64,000 nt of DNA from an uncultured Gemmatimonadaceae bacterium (GCA_963751275.1 CAVVTZ010000007.1:256001-320000), one strand, 5' to 3'. Positions 51,701 to 62,774 are shown, counted from the stretch's first letter. Notes: a model not told the origin generated them from the sequence alone. Translations and numbers: made by a program.

Positions 51701-54490
51701 ATCCCGGCGAATTCGAACTACATGTACTTCACCGAGACGGCGCCGCGGGTCGGGCGGGTGACCGAGACCGCCAGCGCGCCGGGCTGGACGTCGGCGGTGC
51801 GCACGGTCATCGTCTCGACGCCCCGGCTCTTCGCGTGCTGCGCGAACACGATCAATACCACGAGCGCGAACCAGACCGCGAGCGTCACCATTGGCGACTC
51901 CGTGGGCGGCGGCCACTACCGGATCAACCCGCTCTTCGTCTCGGTGACGTCCTCCGACACGACGATCCTCCGCATCATCGACACGCTGCCGGTGATCGGC
52001 GCGGGGGCGACCAACACGACGGCGAAATACAAGCCCGGCGGGTTCGGCGGCGTCGCCTATGTGCGCTTCAATGCGGGCGGGCACACCGGCGACTCCATCA
52101 AGGTGACGGTCATCGCGCCCTCGCTCGCGATCCAGTTCTACCAGGGCCGCGTGATCGGCGCCGACCAGCAGACGGTCAACTTCGGCTACGTGCAGATCCC
52201 GAACGCGGTGGGCTCGGCGGTGAGCGTCAACATCGCGAGCGCCGACACGTCGATCGCGTTCGTCACGCCGCTCATCACGATCCCGGCGGGACAGACCTAC
52301 TCGTATTTCGATGTGCGCGGCCACACGCTGGGGCACGTGCAGTTCCTCACGTCCGCCGCGGGCTACGCGCCGGACAGCGATTCGATCGTGGTGAGTTCGC
52401 CGCGCCTCACGTATTGCTGCGGATTCAATCTCCCGAACTTCGCCGCGGACGCGGGCTTCACACAGTACACGACCGACTCGCTCGGCACCGCGCACAATGT
52501 GATCTCGCCGGTCAAGGTCTCGTACAGCAGCACCGCGCCGCTCGTGGCGGCGGCGGACTCGGCGAGCACCACGGTGCCGTCCGGGCAGTACTACACGAAC
52601 ACGGCGAAGTTGCACATCCTGGGCGTCGGCACGGGGAGCATCATCGCGACGGCGCCCGGATACCGCCCCGATACGATGCCGTTCACGATCTACACGCCCA
52701 CGCTCGGCATGTATCTCTACACCGGCACCGTGGGCCTGCACCAGCGCCTCGGTCTCTCGGCGTACGGCTACACGCCCAACGCGCGGCCGGACAGCGTGAT
52801 CGTGCACATCGCGAACACCAATCCATCGGCGCTCGGCGTCGTCGACTCGATCAAGATCCTGAAGCTCAGCAACCTCGCGTATTTCGATTATTCCGGCCTC
52901 GCGCTCGGCAAAGCGACGCTCACGCTGAGCGCCACCGGCTACAATCCGGTGAGCGGCAACGTGATCGTCACGTCGCCGATCCTGCGACAGGGGGGCATCG
53001 GCACCTCGTACAACACCACGTCGCCGCCGGTGACGACGTACGTGTATCCCGAGGATACCATCGGCTACAGCCATTACACGCTCGACACCGTCGCCGTGAA
53101 GGTGACGTCCTCCGACACGACCGTGCTGAAGGTGGACTCGGCGAAGATCCACATCTTCAAGGGGACCGCGCAGTCGACGTACAACACCGTGCGGTTCGTC
53201 GGGCCGGGCACGGCGTACGTCGTCTACAAGGACAGCGCCGGGCTCTATCACGCCGATTCCACCGCGCCGATCACGGTCATCGGTCCGTCGCTGCGCATCT
53301 CCGCCGGCACGACGCTCGGCAACCCGGTGACGCTCGGCATGCGCCAGCACGTCGGCACCAACGGCATGTACGTGTACGTCGACAACGCGGTGACGGGCTC
53401 GCCGCTCACGGTGAACCTGTTGAGCACCGACGTGACCGTCGCCACCGTGCCCGCGACGGTGACGATCCCCGTGGGCAGCACCGTCGGCTATTTCGACCTC
53501 ACCGCGCTGGACACGACGGGCACGATCCAGATCAAGCTCAGCGCCACGGGGTACGCGCCGGTGGTGAGCTACGTGCAGGTGGGCCAGCCGCAGTTCGCGA
53601 TCTCGAGCCCGACGAGCGGCGTGTACACCACGTCGCCGCCGACGAACATCACTGTGTACGCCGAAGACCAGGCGGGGAACCTGCGCTACACCACGGAGAA
53701 CGTGGTGGTGACGTTGACGTCGTCGAACACGACCGTCGCGGCACCGGACTCGGCGACCATCACGATCGTGAAGGACAACTACTATCACAACTCGTCGAAG
53801 ATGATCTACAAGAGCGCCGGGACGACGGTGCTCACGGCGAGCGATGCGCGCGTGAAGTACTACAAGTACCAGCCGGCGAGCACGGGCACGATCACCGTCG
53901 CGACCCCGACCGTCACGACGGGGCTCAGTGCGACGAACAACCTGGGACTCGACCAGACGATCGATACCTATGTGCAGATCCCGAATCCCCCGTTGAGCCC
54001 GCCCCTCACGGTGACGCTGTCGAATTCGACCGGCGCCGCGACGACGCCGGGGAGCGTCTCGATCCCCGCGGGGAACACGACCGCGAACTATCGCATGACC
54101 GGCGCGAGCCCCGGCACCGACGTGTTCAGCACGAGCGCCACCGGGTACAACGGCGCCTCGGCGACGATCGTGGTGGACAGCGGCACGATCCAGATCAGCG
54201 GATGGCCGGGCTCGGTGAAGGCGGGCGACTCGGTGGGCGTGCAGCTGCTCTCGCTGGATCCGGCGGGCACCGCGCGGAACCTCGGGATCGCGGTGACGTT
54301 CACGCTCGCGCCCAACGGGAACATCGTGTTCGATGTGGGCGGCGCGACGACGACCACGATCACCATCCCGGTCAACGTCTACTACTCGGGGACGTTCTAC
54401 GTGAAGGGCGTCGCGTCCGGCACGGGCCAGGTGACGGTGAAGGGCGGGCGGTTCAAGACGTACGTGAATACGCTGACGGTGAATCCGTAA
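48757..54490 (+). CDS. Giant (~1900 aa) Ig-like repeat surface lipoprotein, apparent frameshift at ~51355
   Basis: RBS GGAG, lipobox IIAC; Big_2-type repeats (V.VTP..QLTA..WSS.DP.VATV..G.V); continues in ORF 51371-54490. Confidence 0.85.
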
Positions 54491-54516
54491 CTACGCGAGT
54501 CCCGAGTCCCGCGTAG

Positions 54517-56655
54517 TTAGTTCCCCGACGCCCTCACCGCCGCGACCGCCGCCGCCAGTTCATGCGCAGTGGCCGTGAGTCGCGTCGCCGCATCGTTCAG
54601 TCCATCGATCGCGCCTTCCTGCTGCGCGCTGGCTCCGGCGACGGATTCCGTCTCATGCGCGGCGCGATTCGCGTCGTCCTTCGCGGCGGAGAGCGCGTGC
54701 GACATCTCCTCCGAGCGCTGCGCGCTGTCGCGCGCGGCGCGCACGATGCGGTCGCCGGCGGCGGCGACGCCTTCGCTCGCCATCACGATCCGGTCGAGCT
54801 CGTCCACCCAGTTGCGGCTCGCGTCGGCCACTGAGAGCACCTCGCCGCGCGTGCGCTGCATGAGCGCCACGGCCTTCTCGAGCGTCGAGCGGATGTCGCG
54901 CACCGCGCGGTCCATCCCTTCCGCCTCGCTCGCGCTGCGGTCGGCGAGCGCGCGGATCTCCTGCGCCACCACCGCGAAGCCGCGGCCGTGCGCGCCGGCG
55001 CGCGCCGCTTCCACGGCGGCGTTCAACGCGAGCAGTCCCGTCTGGTCCGCGAGCGAGGTGATCGTCTGGCCGAAGCGCTGCACCGCGCTCGAGATGTCCT
55101 GCAGGCGCGACACCTGGTCGGCGCCCTGCTGCACGATCGCGGCTGCCGCGGTGAGCTGCGCCATCGCCTGCTCGGTGGCGGCGCGCACGACGCGCGCGTC
55201 GCTCAGCATCGACTCGCCGCTCTGCTGCGTGCCGCGCCCCTCGATCACGGTGCTGTCGGCGATGGACTGCGCCGATTTCGCGTCCTCCGATCCGCGCGCC
55301 AGCGTGCCGGCGAGCACGCGCACGGTGGCGGCCAGCCGGCGCGCGCTGTCGGCGCTCTCCTGCGCCGACGCGTGCAGCTGCTGAGTGGTGCCGGTGATCG
55401 ACTCCACGTGCGACATCATGAACTCCGATGCCTCGAGTACCGGCTTGATCAGCTTGTCGAGCGCGAGCGACAGCGCAAGCTGTGGCGCGATGTACTCGAG
55501 CAGCGCCGCGTCGTGCTCGCGGTACATGTCCACGCGCGAGTGGCGCACCGACCACATCCCGACCAGCCGGTCCCCGTAGATGAGCGGCAGGATGATCTCG
55601 GACCCTTTGCCGTCGCGCTCCTGCGGCGGCGCCTCGGCATCGGTCACCGCGTGGCCGGTGCGCATCGCGATGCCCGCCATCCCCTCCGTGGCCGGCAGCC
55701 GCGTGCCCGGCGGCACCGCGCTCGACGTGTCGGCGAGGATCACGAACTCGTGGCGGCTCGCGTTGTACGCCGCGATCCCCATGTCCTCCCACGGCACCAG
55801 CGTCTTCGTGAGCCGCTCGACATCCGCGAGCGAACTGTGCAGTTCCGGCTTCGCGCTGAGGACGCTCGTCATCCGTTGCACGAGCTGCATGCTCTCCCCC
55901 GTCGCGCCCTGTCGCGCCAGCCAGTGCGTCATGACCGCGAGGAGCAGGAGCGCCGCGATCTCGGCGGTCGTGCCGCGCGATGACCATGGCGCGTACGCGA
56001 TCTTGAGCCCGGCGAGCGCGAGCAGCGTGGCCATCACGGCCACGGTGATCTCCCAGCGCGCGGTGAGGCGCGCGTCCACCCACGCGATCGCGGGCGACAG
56101 CTTGAGCTGGAGATAGAAGGTGCCGTTCGCGGTGACGAGGAAGAGCAGGATCAGGAGACCGAGCCGCCAGGTATTCCCCGGGGAGAAGGCGAGTCCCGCC
56201 ATGCCGCCGTTGAGCACGCTGTAGTACAGCGTGCCGCTTACGAAGAAGGCCGTCATGAAGTGGCCGGTGTTGCCGATCGCGTTGCGCCACGGGAGCCGGC
56301 GGCCGAACAGATCACCCACGAAGATCCCGGCGCCCGCGAAGACAGCGCCCGCCGCCCAGCCGAGCGCGATGATGCTGGCGATCCCGGTGCCGACGGCGAA
56401 GGACGCGTAGCCCTTGCCGGGGAGCGGAATGCCGAAGACGCGCGTCGCGGCGGAAAGGACGAAGAGCAGCAGGGCGCCCAACCAGGGGAAGGGCGTGACA
56501 TACTGGTGCGTGCTGAGCCCGACGACCGTGGCGAGGATGCCGACGAAGATGACGGAGTAGCGCACCGTCTCATCCGTGAGCCAGCTCGCGCGGCGACGGT
56601 AGACGGGGCGCTCGCCGGTGGAGAATCCCGGGTAGGGCGTGACGCGTGCGCTCAA
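54517..56655 (-). CDS. Methyl-accepting chemotaxis-like receptor: multi-TM sensor + GAF + MCP signal domain
   Basis: [54 protein letters not shown]; start approximate (TTG). Confidence 0.88.
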   Translation of the reverse strand: MSARVTPYPGFSTGERPVYRRRASWLTDETVRYSVIFVGILATVVGLSTHQYVTPFPWLGALLLFVLSAATRVFGIPLPGKGYASFAVGTGIASIIALGWAAGAVFAGAGIFVGDLFGRRLPWRNAIGNTGHFMTAFFVSGTLYYSVLNGGMAGLAFSPGNTWRLGLLILLFLVTANGTFYLQLKLSPAIAWVDARLTARWEITVAVMATLLALAGLKIAYAPWSSRGTTAEIAALLLLAVMTHWLARQGATGESMQLVQRMTSVLSAKPELHSSLADVERLTKTLVPWEDMGIAAYNASRHEFVILADTSSAVPPGTRLPATEGMAGIAMRTGHAVTDAEAPPQERDGKGSEIILPLIYGDRLVGMWSVRHSRVDMYREHDAALLEYIAPQLALSLALDKLIKPVLEASEFMMSHVESITGTTQQLHASAQESADSARRLAATVRVLAGTLARGSEDAKSAQSIADSTVIEGRGTQQSGESMLSDARVVRAATEQAMAQLTAAAAIVQQGADQVSRLQDISSAVQRFGQTITSLADQTGLLALNAAVEAARAGAHGRGFAVVAQEIRALADRSASEAEGMDRAVRDIRSTLEKAVALMQRTRGEVLSVADASRNWVDELDRIVMASEGVAAAGDRIVRAARDSAQRSEEMSHALSAAKDDANRAAHETESVAGASAQQEGAIDGLNDAATRLTATAHELAAAVAAVRASGN

Positions 56656-56936
56656 GAGATCACGGTCGCCGCGATGCGCGCCGGCGGATGCAGCGAGGGC
56701 ATGGTGGGAATGACTCGCGGAGGTAACGATGGCGCGGGCCTCTTGCGCGAATCGCCCGCCGATGCAATGGTGTGACGCGTGACGGCCGTGTGGCGTCACC
56801 ACCATGGTAGCGGAGCCGATCAGCCCGGGAGAGCATGCACCCTGGATCGCGACGACGACCACGGCACGTTCACTCTGAGGTCCGATCCACTCGGCGCGCA
56901 CGAAGCGCCCGCTCCGTCATCCGCTCAGTTCCTTTC

Positions 56937-56985
56937 GCGACGCCCGGCACGGGAAATACCCGCCGCCGGGCGTCGCTGTGTTTTT
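56937..56985 (+). terminator. Terminator-like hairpin directly upstream of the HNH gene RBS
   Basis: GCGACGCCCGGC/GCCGGGCGTCGC 12-bp stem followed by TGTGTTTTT. Confidence 0.55.
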
Positions 56986-56995
56986 GCGAGGTGCA

Positions 56996-57394
56996 ATGTC
57001 ACAACATTGCGCTCACCGCATTCCACTCCCACGCTCTCCGCGCCGCCTCCAGCGAAAGATCCACCAGATCTTCCGGAGGGAGCACAAGCGCGCCATGAAA
57101 CGCGCCATGATGCGCGACTGCTGCCGCCGCTGTGTCTATTGCGGCGCGCCCCTCGATCTGGATTTCGCCACGATCGATCATGTCTATCCACTCGCCAAAG
57201 GCGGTGCGCACGCGCCGGGAAATCTGGTCGTGGCGTGCGGGCCGTGTAATCGAATGAAGGGCGACATGCTGCCGATCGAATTCTTCCTGAGATACCCGAG
57301 CGCGGGACAGAATTTTCTCGCGTACGCGCGGGCGGTGCATCGCGCATTGAAGCGCGGCGCGAAACGGGCGGTCAGTCTCGCGCTCGCGGCCTGA
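56996..57394 (+). CDS. Small HNH endonuclease
   Basis: CVYCG..TIDHVYPLAKGG..NLVVACGPCNRMKG; RBS GAGG. Confidence 0.88.
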   Translation: MSQHCAHRIPLPRSPRRLQRKIHQIFRREHKRAMKRAMMRDCCRRCVYCGAPLDLDFATIDHVYPLAKGGAHAPGNLVVACGPCNRMKGDMLPIEFFLRYPSAGQNFLAYARAVHRALKRGAKRAVSLALAA

Positions 57395-57406
57395 CGATTC
57401 ACTACT

Positions 57407-57561
57407 GCGCCTGTAGGGACTAGTACCGCTCGAGAAGCGCGTCTGGGAGGCAGCGTGTGGTACGGCAGGGCGGGAGTAGCGGCCGCCGCCACTCCCGCCC
57501 TGCCGTACCACACGCTGCCTCCCAGACGCGCTTCTCGAGCGGTACTAGTCCCTACACGCGC
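57407..57561. repeat. Family A palindromic element, copy A4 (near-perfect)
   Basis: ~77-bp arms with 2 mismatches; ends TGTAGGGACTAGTACC / GGTACTAGTCCCTACA. Confidence 0.95.
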
Positions 57562-57570
57562 CTTTATGGA

Positions 57571-59404
57571 TCAGTAGTCGACCGGCCGCAGATAGCTTTC
57601 GCCGATCGCGGTCCCCGATACCATCGCCACCGTCGGCAGCCGCCGCTTCCAATGCGTGCGCTCGAGCCGCTCGTGCACGAGTTTCACTTCATTCGCGGCG
57701 AATCCGCGCGCGATCAATTCGTCGGGACTGAATCCGCTCAGCAGCCAGTGCAGAGTGAGATCCGCCTTGGCGTAGCTGATCCCGAGATCGCCCTCATCCG
57801 TCTGTCCGGCGACGAGATCGGCCGTGGGCGCCTTGCCGACGATGTCGACCGGGATCTTCAGGTGCTTCGCGAGCGCCCACACCTGGGTCTTGAAGAGGTC
57901 GCCGAGGGGATTGAGCGGCGGCGAATCATCCGCGTGCCAGGTGAAATAGCCCAGCAGCCGCTCGGTCTTGTTGCCGGTGCCCAGCGGCATCGCACCCAGT
58001 GCCGCGCTCAGGTCGAACAACGCGAGCATGCGCACCCGCGCCATCACGTTGCCGCGGCGCGTGGCATCGGCCTTCGGTTCGTTCTGGAGATAGCCGTTCA
58101 CCGCGGCGCTGATGTCGATCGTGCGTGACTCGATGCCGAACGCGTCGATCACGTCCTTCGCGTGCGTGAGACTCTCCTTGCTCGATTTCTCATAGGGAAG
58201 GCGCACGGCGGTCACGTTCTTCGGTCCGAACGCGCGCGCGGCCAGCGCGGCGGTCACCGCCGAGTCGACGCCGCCGGAGAGCGCGACGATCCCCTTGGTG
58301 AATCCGCGCTGCCTGGCTTCCTCGCGCAAGAAGTGCACGAGCCACCGTTCGACGAGCGCCGCATCGATCGTCAGCGGCGGCGGTCCGCCCGCGTCGGCCT
58401 CGGCCATGCGCACGGCCACCGCCGTCTTCTTCCCGGCGGCGTTCTTCGCCGCCGGAGCGGGCGCCGCGGCGGCCGGTGCGCCATCGAACGCGACCGGTGC
58501 GCCGCCGCCGCGCTGGATCCGGTCGAGCGACGTGAGCAGATGCGGCAGCGCCACGCGCAGGTCCGCGAGCAGGGGCATGTCGGCGCGTGCGCGCGTGAGG
58601 TCGGCGAGGTCGATCGGCGCGCGCACGAGCGCCTCTTCCCAGAGCGGCCCGCGGACGCGCACGTCCCCGCCAGGCCCGCAGATGATCGCGCCGCCGGGGA
58701 AGGCCTTCCCCCCTTCGTCGCCCACGAGATTGGCGAGCGACACGAACACGCCGTGCTCCTCGGCGATGTCGCGCGCGAGGCGCTCCCACCGCGCCACGCT
58801 CGCGGGCCCGGAGATGCCATCATCGCGGGGCGCCGTACCGCGCGCCGGCGCCGCCGCGCAAATGAAGATCGATCTGCGCGCCATCCAGCGCCGCCAGCGT
58901 GCCCGTCACGCTGTGCCACGCATCTTCGCACACGAGCATCGCCGCGCGCCCCCAGGGCAGATCGAACGCGCGGATCTCCTGCCCACGCTCGACGAACCGC
59001 TCCTCGTCGAACAGCCCGTAGGTGGGGAGGAAGTTCTTGCGGTGGACGTGCCGCACGAGCGGCGCATCGCCACCGAGCCGCACGCTCATCGCGCTGTTGT
59101 ACAGGGTGTTCCGCCAGACCTCGTAGAAACCGACGACTACCTCGAGCGTACGCGGCCCCTTCACCGCCTCGCGGTACACACGCTGCAGATCGGCCGCGAG
59201 CGCGCCGGCCGTGAGCGCCATCTCGCGCACGCCCCCCTCCAGGAAATACCCGGTGAGCGCGGTCTCGGGGAGATGCAGCAGATCCACGCGCGGATCGGCG
59301 GCATCCATCTGCGCGAAGAGCGCGCCGAGGCGCGCGAGATTCGCGGCGTACGCGCCCTTCTCGGGGGAGAACTGCAGCGTCGCGAACTGCATCACAGGGG
59401 GCAT
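57571..59404 (-). CDS. nadE: Glutamine-dependent NAD+ synthetase (nitrilase + synthetase domains), apparent frameshift at ~58870
   Basis: LPET, HRKNFLPTYGLFDEERF, CED triad; LSGGVDS, GNVMARVRM, GTGNKTE, PTADL. One extra base restores GAQIIFICAA. Confidence 0.88.
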
Positions 59405-59449
59405 GCGAACAAGATGCACGCTTTCTCGCATGAGAGCAAAAAGCGACGG

Positions 59450-59601
59450 GTAGCACCCCGAACGCCGTGCTTGGTACCCCGAACGCCGCGTCTAGGCGGC
59501 AGCGTGTGGAACGACTTGAAAGGCGCGTGTTGTGCGTTGTACCACACGCTGCCTACCAAACGCGGCGTTCGGGGTGCCAAGCACGGCGTTCGGGGTGCCA
59601 C
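59450..59601. repeat. Chimeric palindrome: family B outer arms, family A inner arms
   Basis: CCCCGAACGCCG x2 + CGTCTAGGCGGCAGCGTGTGG ... CCACACGCTGCCT + CGGCGTTCGGGG x2. Confidence 0.85.
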
Positions 59602-59634
59602 GCACGCTTCAATCGCCCTATCTTGGTTTTGGAG

Positions 59635-61689
59635 ATGCCCCACATCGCCCGAGTTCTCGCCTTCCTCGCCCTCGCGGCCCCGCTCGCCGCCCAGGCACCG
59701 TCGCCCCAGCCCACCGGCGAAGCCTGGCAGATCATCCCCGAGCCCCAATCCAGTCTCGTCTTCTCGCGCGAAGGTTCTCTCCTGGGCGAGATCGGCACCG
59801 AGTGGCGCACCAGCGTTCCGCTCTCGGCGCTGCCGCTCTACGTCTCGCAGGCCTTCATCGCCGTCGAGGACCAACGCTTCTACGTGCACGACGGCGTGGA
59901 CGTGGTGGGCATCGCCGGCGCGCTGAAGGACGCGATGACCGGCCACCCGCGCGGCGCGAGCACGATCACGCAGCAGCTGGTCGGCAACATGCATCCCGAT
60001 CTCGTGAACCGCCGCGACAAGACCATCTCGCGCAAACTCCGCGAGCAGGACGCCGCGCGCGAGATGGAGCGGCACTACACGAAGGCGGAGATCCTCGAGG
60101 CGTATCTCGATCTCATCCATTTCGGCCACGGCTGGTACGGCGTGGACGCGGCGTCGCGCCACTACTTCGGCCATCCCGCCGCGCAGCTCACGCTCGCGGA
60201 GGCCGCCACGCTCGCCGCGCTGCCCAAAGGACCCGCGATCTACGATCCGATCCGCCACGCCGACTCCGCGCGCACGCGGCGCAACCTCGTGCTCGCGCTC
60301 ATGGCGCAGCAGGGCTACCTCACCGCCGCACAGGCGCACGCCGCGCAACGGCTGCCCGTGGTCGTCGCTCCCGACCGCGGCATGCCCGCCGCCGCGCCAT
60401 ACGTCGTGGATCTCGTGCGCCGCGAGCTCGACCGCGCCGCGATCCCGTACGGCGGCCCGATCTCCCTCCGCATCACCACCACGGTGGATGCCGCGCTCCA
60501 GCGCGACGCGAACGAGGCGCTCGCCGCCGGCGCGAAGCGCATCGAATCGCGCGGGAAGTGGAAACATCCCACGCTCGCGCACCACGCGCCGGGCCATCCC
60601 GATTACCTGCAGGGCATGATCATCGCGCTCGCCCCGTCCACCGGCGACGTGCTCGCGCTGGTCGGCGGCCGCGACTACGGCGACTCGCCCTTCGACCGTG
60701 CGGTGTTCGCCCTGCGGCAGCCGGGCTCATCGTTCAAACCGGTCGTCTACTCCGCCGCGCTCGCGTTCGGCATGCAGGCGAACACGATCGTGGATGACAG
60801 CGCGCTCTCGATCCCGATGCCGCAGGGTCCGCCGTACCGGCCCGAGAACTCCGACGGCAAGTATCTCGGCGCGATCACGCTGCGCGAGGCGCTCACGAAG
60901 TCGCGTAACACCGTGGCCGTGCAGCTCGGGCAGCAGGTGGGAATCGATTCGGTGATCGCGCTCGCGGCGCGCCTCGGCATCTCGACGCCGATCGCGCCGT
61001 ATCCCTCGAGCGCGATCGGCGCGAGTGCCGTGCGCCCCGTGGAGATGGTGACCGCCTACACCGCTTTCGCCAACGGCGGCCCGCTCGCCACGCCGCGGCT
61101 CCTTCTGTTCGTACAGAATGCGGTCGGGGATACGCTCCTCGAGCGCGCCGCCGCGCCGCTCGACAGCGCGGCGCTCGATCCGCGCGTCGCCTTCGTGATG
61201 CGCGACCTCATGCGCGACGTCGTCGCCCGCGGCACCGCCACCAGCGTGCGCGACTTCGTGCCCGCCGAGATCCCCGTCGCCGGCAAGACGGGCACCACGA
61301 ACGACAACAGCGACGTCTGGTTCATCGGCATGACGCCCGAGATCGTCGCCGGCGTCTGGCTCGGCTTCGACACCCCCGCGCCCATCGCACCCGGCGCCGC
61401 CGGCGGCACGCTCGCCGCTCCGGTGTGGGGCGACATGATCGGCAAATACTATCGTGGTCGCGCGAGCGACGACTCGGCGTGGGACGCGCCACCGCCCGGC
61501 GTGATCCCTGTGCTCGCCGACCGCGCGACCGGAGCGCCCGCCGACAGCACTACGCCGCCCGATCGCGTGTACACCGACTATCTCATTGTGCAGCCGCCCG
61601 TCTCCGCGCCGCCCATGTTGCCGGATTCGATCGTGATCCCCGCCGACTCCGCGCGCCGGGATTCCACTGCGGTGCCGCCCGCGCCCTAG
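59635..61689 (+). CDS. Class A penicillin-binding protein (PBP1A family)
   Basis: EDQRFYVHDGVD, GASTITQQL, RKLRE, QPGSSFK, SRN, GKTGTT. Confidence 0.93.
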   Translation: MPHIARVLAFLALAAPLAAQAPSPQPTGEAWQIIPEPQSSLVFSREGSLLGEIGTEWRTSVPLSALPLYVSQAFIAVEDQRFYVHDGVDVVGIAGALKDAMTGHPRGASTITQQLVGNMHPDLVNRRDKTISRKLREQDAAREMERHYTKAEILEAYLDLIHFGHGWYGVDAASRHYFGHPAAQLTLAEAATLAALPKGPAIYDPIRHADSARTRRNLVLALMAQQGYLTAAQAHAAQRLPVVVAPDRGMPAAAPYVVDLVRRELDRAAIPYGGPISLRITTTVDAALQRDANEALAAGAKRIESRGKWKHPTLAHHAPGHPDYLQGMIIALAPSTGDVLALVGGRDYGDSPFDRAVFALRQPGSSFKPVVYSAALAFGMQANTIVDDSALSIPMPQGPPYRPENSDGKYLGAITLREALTKSRNTVAVQLGQQVGIDSVIALAARLGISTPIAPYPSSAIGASAVRPVEMVTAYTAFANGGPLATPRLLLFVQNAVGDTLLERAAAPLDSAALDPRVAFVMRDLMRDVVARGTATSVRDFVPAEIPVAGKTGTTNDNSDVWFIGMTPEIVAGVWLGFDTPAPIAPGAAGGTLAAPVWGDMIGKYYRGRASDDSAWDAPPPGVIPVLADRATGAPADSTTPPDRVYTDYLIVQPPVSAPPMLPDSIVIPADSARRDSTAVPPAP

Positions 61690-61867
61690 CCGCGCCTCGC
61701 GCAAAAAACCGCGCCGCATCCGTTTCGTCCAAGAGGACCGGCGCTCCCGCGCGCCGCCTTGTTCTCCAACACTCGCTACTCCCCGCGCGTACCTGGACTG
61801 ATGACCGGCGGTGCGGTTATCGTACCAGCCGGAGGCACAGCGCCAACTCCGTTCCAACACGCATCCA

Positions 61868-62731
61868 ATGACCGCCATGCGCCCAATCCTCTGCCTCCTT
61901 GCGGCCGCGCTCCTCGTGTCGCCTGCGGCCTCGCCCGTGAACGCGCAGGGCTCGCTCGCCACGGGCCGGGCCGACGCGAACTCGAGTCGCTTCGACGCCC
62001 AGTACATGGCCTACATGTCAGCGTCGGTCGATTCCGTCGTCGATGCGTGGCAACGTGCGATGAAGGCGCGTGATGCCGATGCGCTGTCCGGCCTCTATAC
62101 GGATGACGCGATCATCGCCCTCTCGACCGGCCGCCTCGTACGAGGTCGCGGATCGGTGCACGACGTGTACGAGCGCATGCTGCCGCGCCTGCACACGGCG
62201 CGGATCGACGTCGTCCAGATCGTCGCCAGTGCCGACGTCGCATCGGTGGTCGCGACGCTGGATTGCGAGATCCGGTTGCCCACTGGCGGATGGTACCACC
62301 GCAACATGCCGATCCTGCTCACGATCAAGGCGCAGGACCGCGGGCGCTTCCGCATCGCGATCCAGAGCGGCGGTGATGTGCCGCTGCTCTCGGCCTCGCG
62401 ACCGCGGAGCGGCGCGCCTGGCGAGAAGCGGAGTGATTCCCTGGACGTGGTCCTGACCGATGCGTCCGGGCTCGGCGTGCCCGGGATCCTGGTCAGTTTC
62501 CTGGTCGAGCGCGGAGCTGGAGAGGTCGACCCGGCCGTGGCGGTGACGGACGCGAACGGCCACGCCGTCAGCCAGTTGACCCCCGGTGCCGCGGGCGAGC
62601 CATCAGTCGTGCGCGCCGTCGCGGCGCCGCTGCTCGAGGAACCGGTATTCTTCACCGCGACCGCGGGCGCCGGGCCCGACTCGGCACACGCGCACCTGGC
62701 GACCCCTGGCGCGAACCCGAAGGATGAGTGA
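61868..62731 (+). CDS. Secreted NTF2/SnoaL-like domain + Big_1-type Ig domain protein
   Basis: Signal peptide; DADALSGLYTDDA..GR; V.LTD.SG.GVPG..VSF..G.G..VTDANG.A. Confidence 0.65.
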   Translation: MTAMRPILCLLAAALLVSPAASPVNAQGSLATGRADANSSRFDAQYMAYMSASVDSVVDAWQRAMKARDADALSGLYTDDAIIALSTGRLVRGRGSVHDVYERMLPRLHTARIDVVQIVASADVASVVATLDCEIRLPTGGWYHRNMPILLTIKAQDRGRFRIAIQSGGDVPLLSASRPRSGAPGEKRSDSLDVVLTDASGLGVPGILVSFLVERGAGEVDPAVAVTDANGHAVSQLTPGAAGEPSVVRAVAAPLLEEPVFFTATAGAGPDSAHAHLATPGANPKDE

Positions 62732-62774
62732 GAGGGTCCACACGAGAAACCCTGACTCCGTGATGGCATGAAGC

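Noticed and set aside
51360..54516. C-terminal half of the 1930-aa ORF (Arg/His-rich)
   Set aside because: Off-frame read-through after the frameshift; the real protein continues in ORF 51371-54490
56996..57394. IscB/Cas9-like or group II intron nuclease
   Set aside because: Only 132 aa; no RuvC, PLMP or RT motifs
57571..59431. Separate nitrilase and NH3-dependent NadE genes
   Set aside because: The break falls inside the nitrilase domain, and removing one base gives a continuous protein
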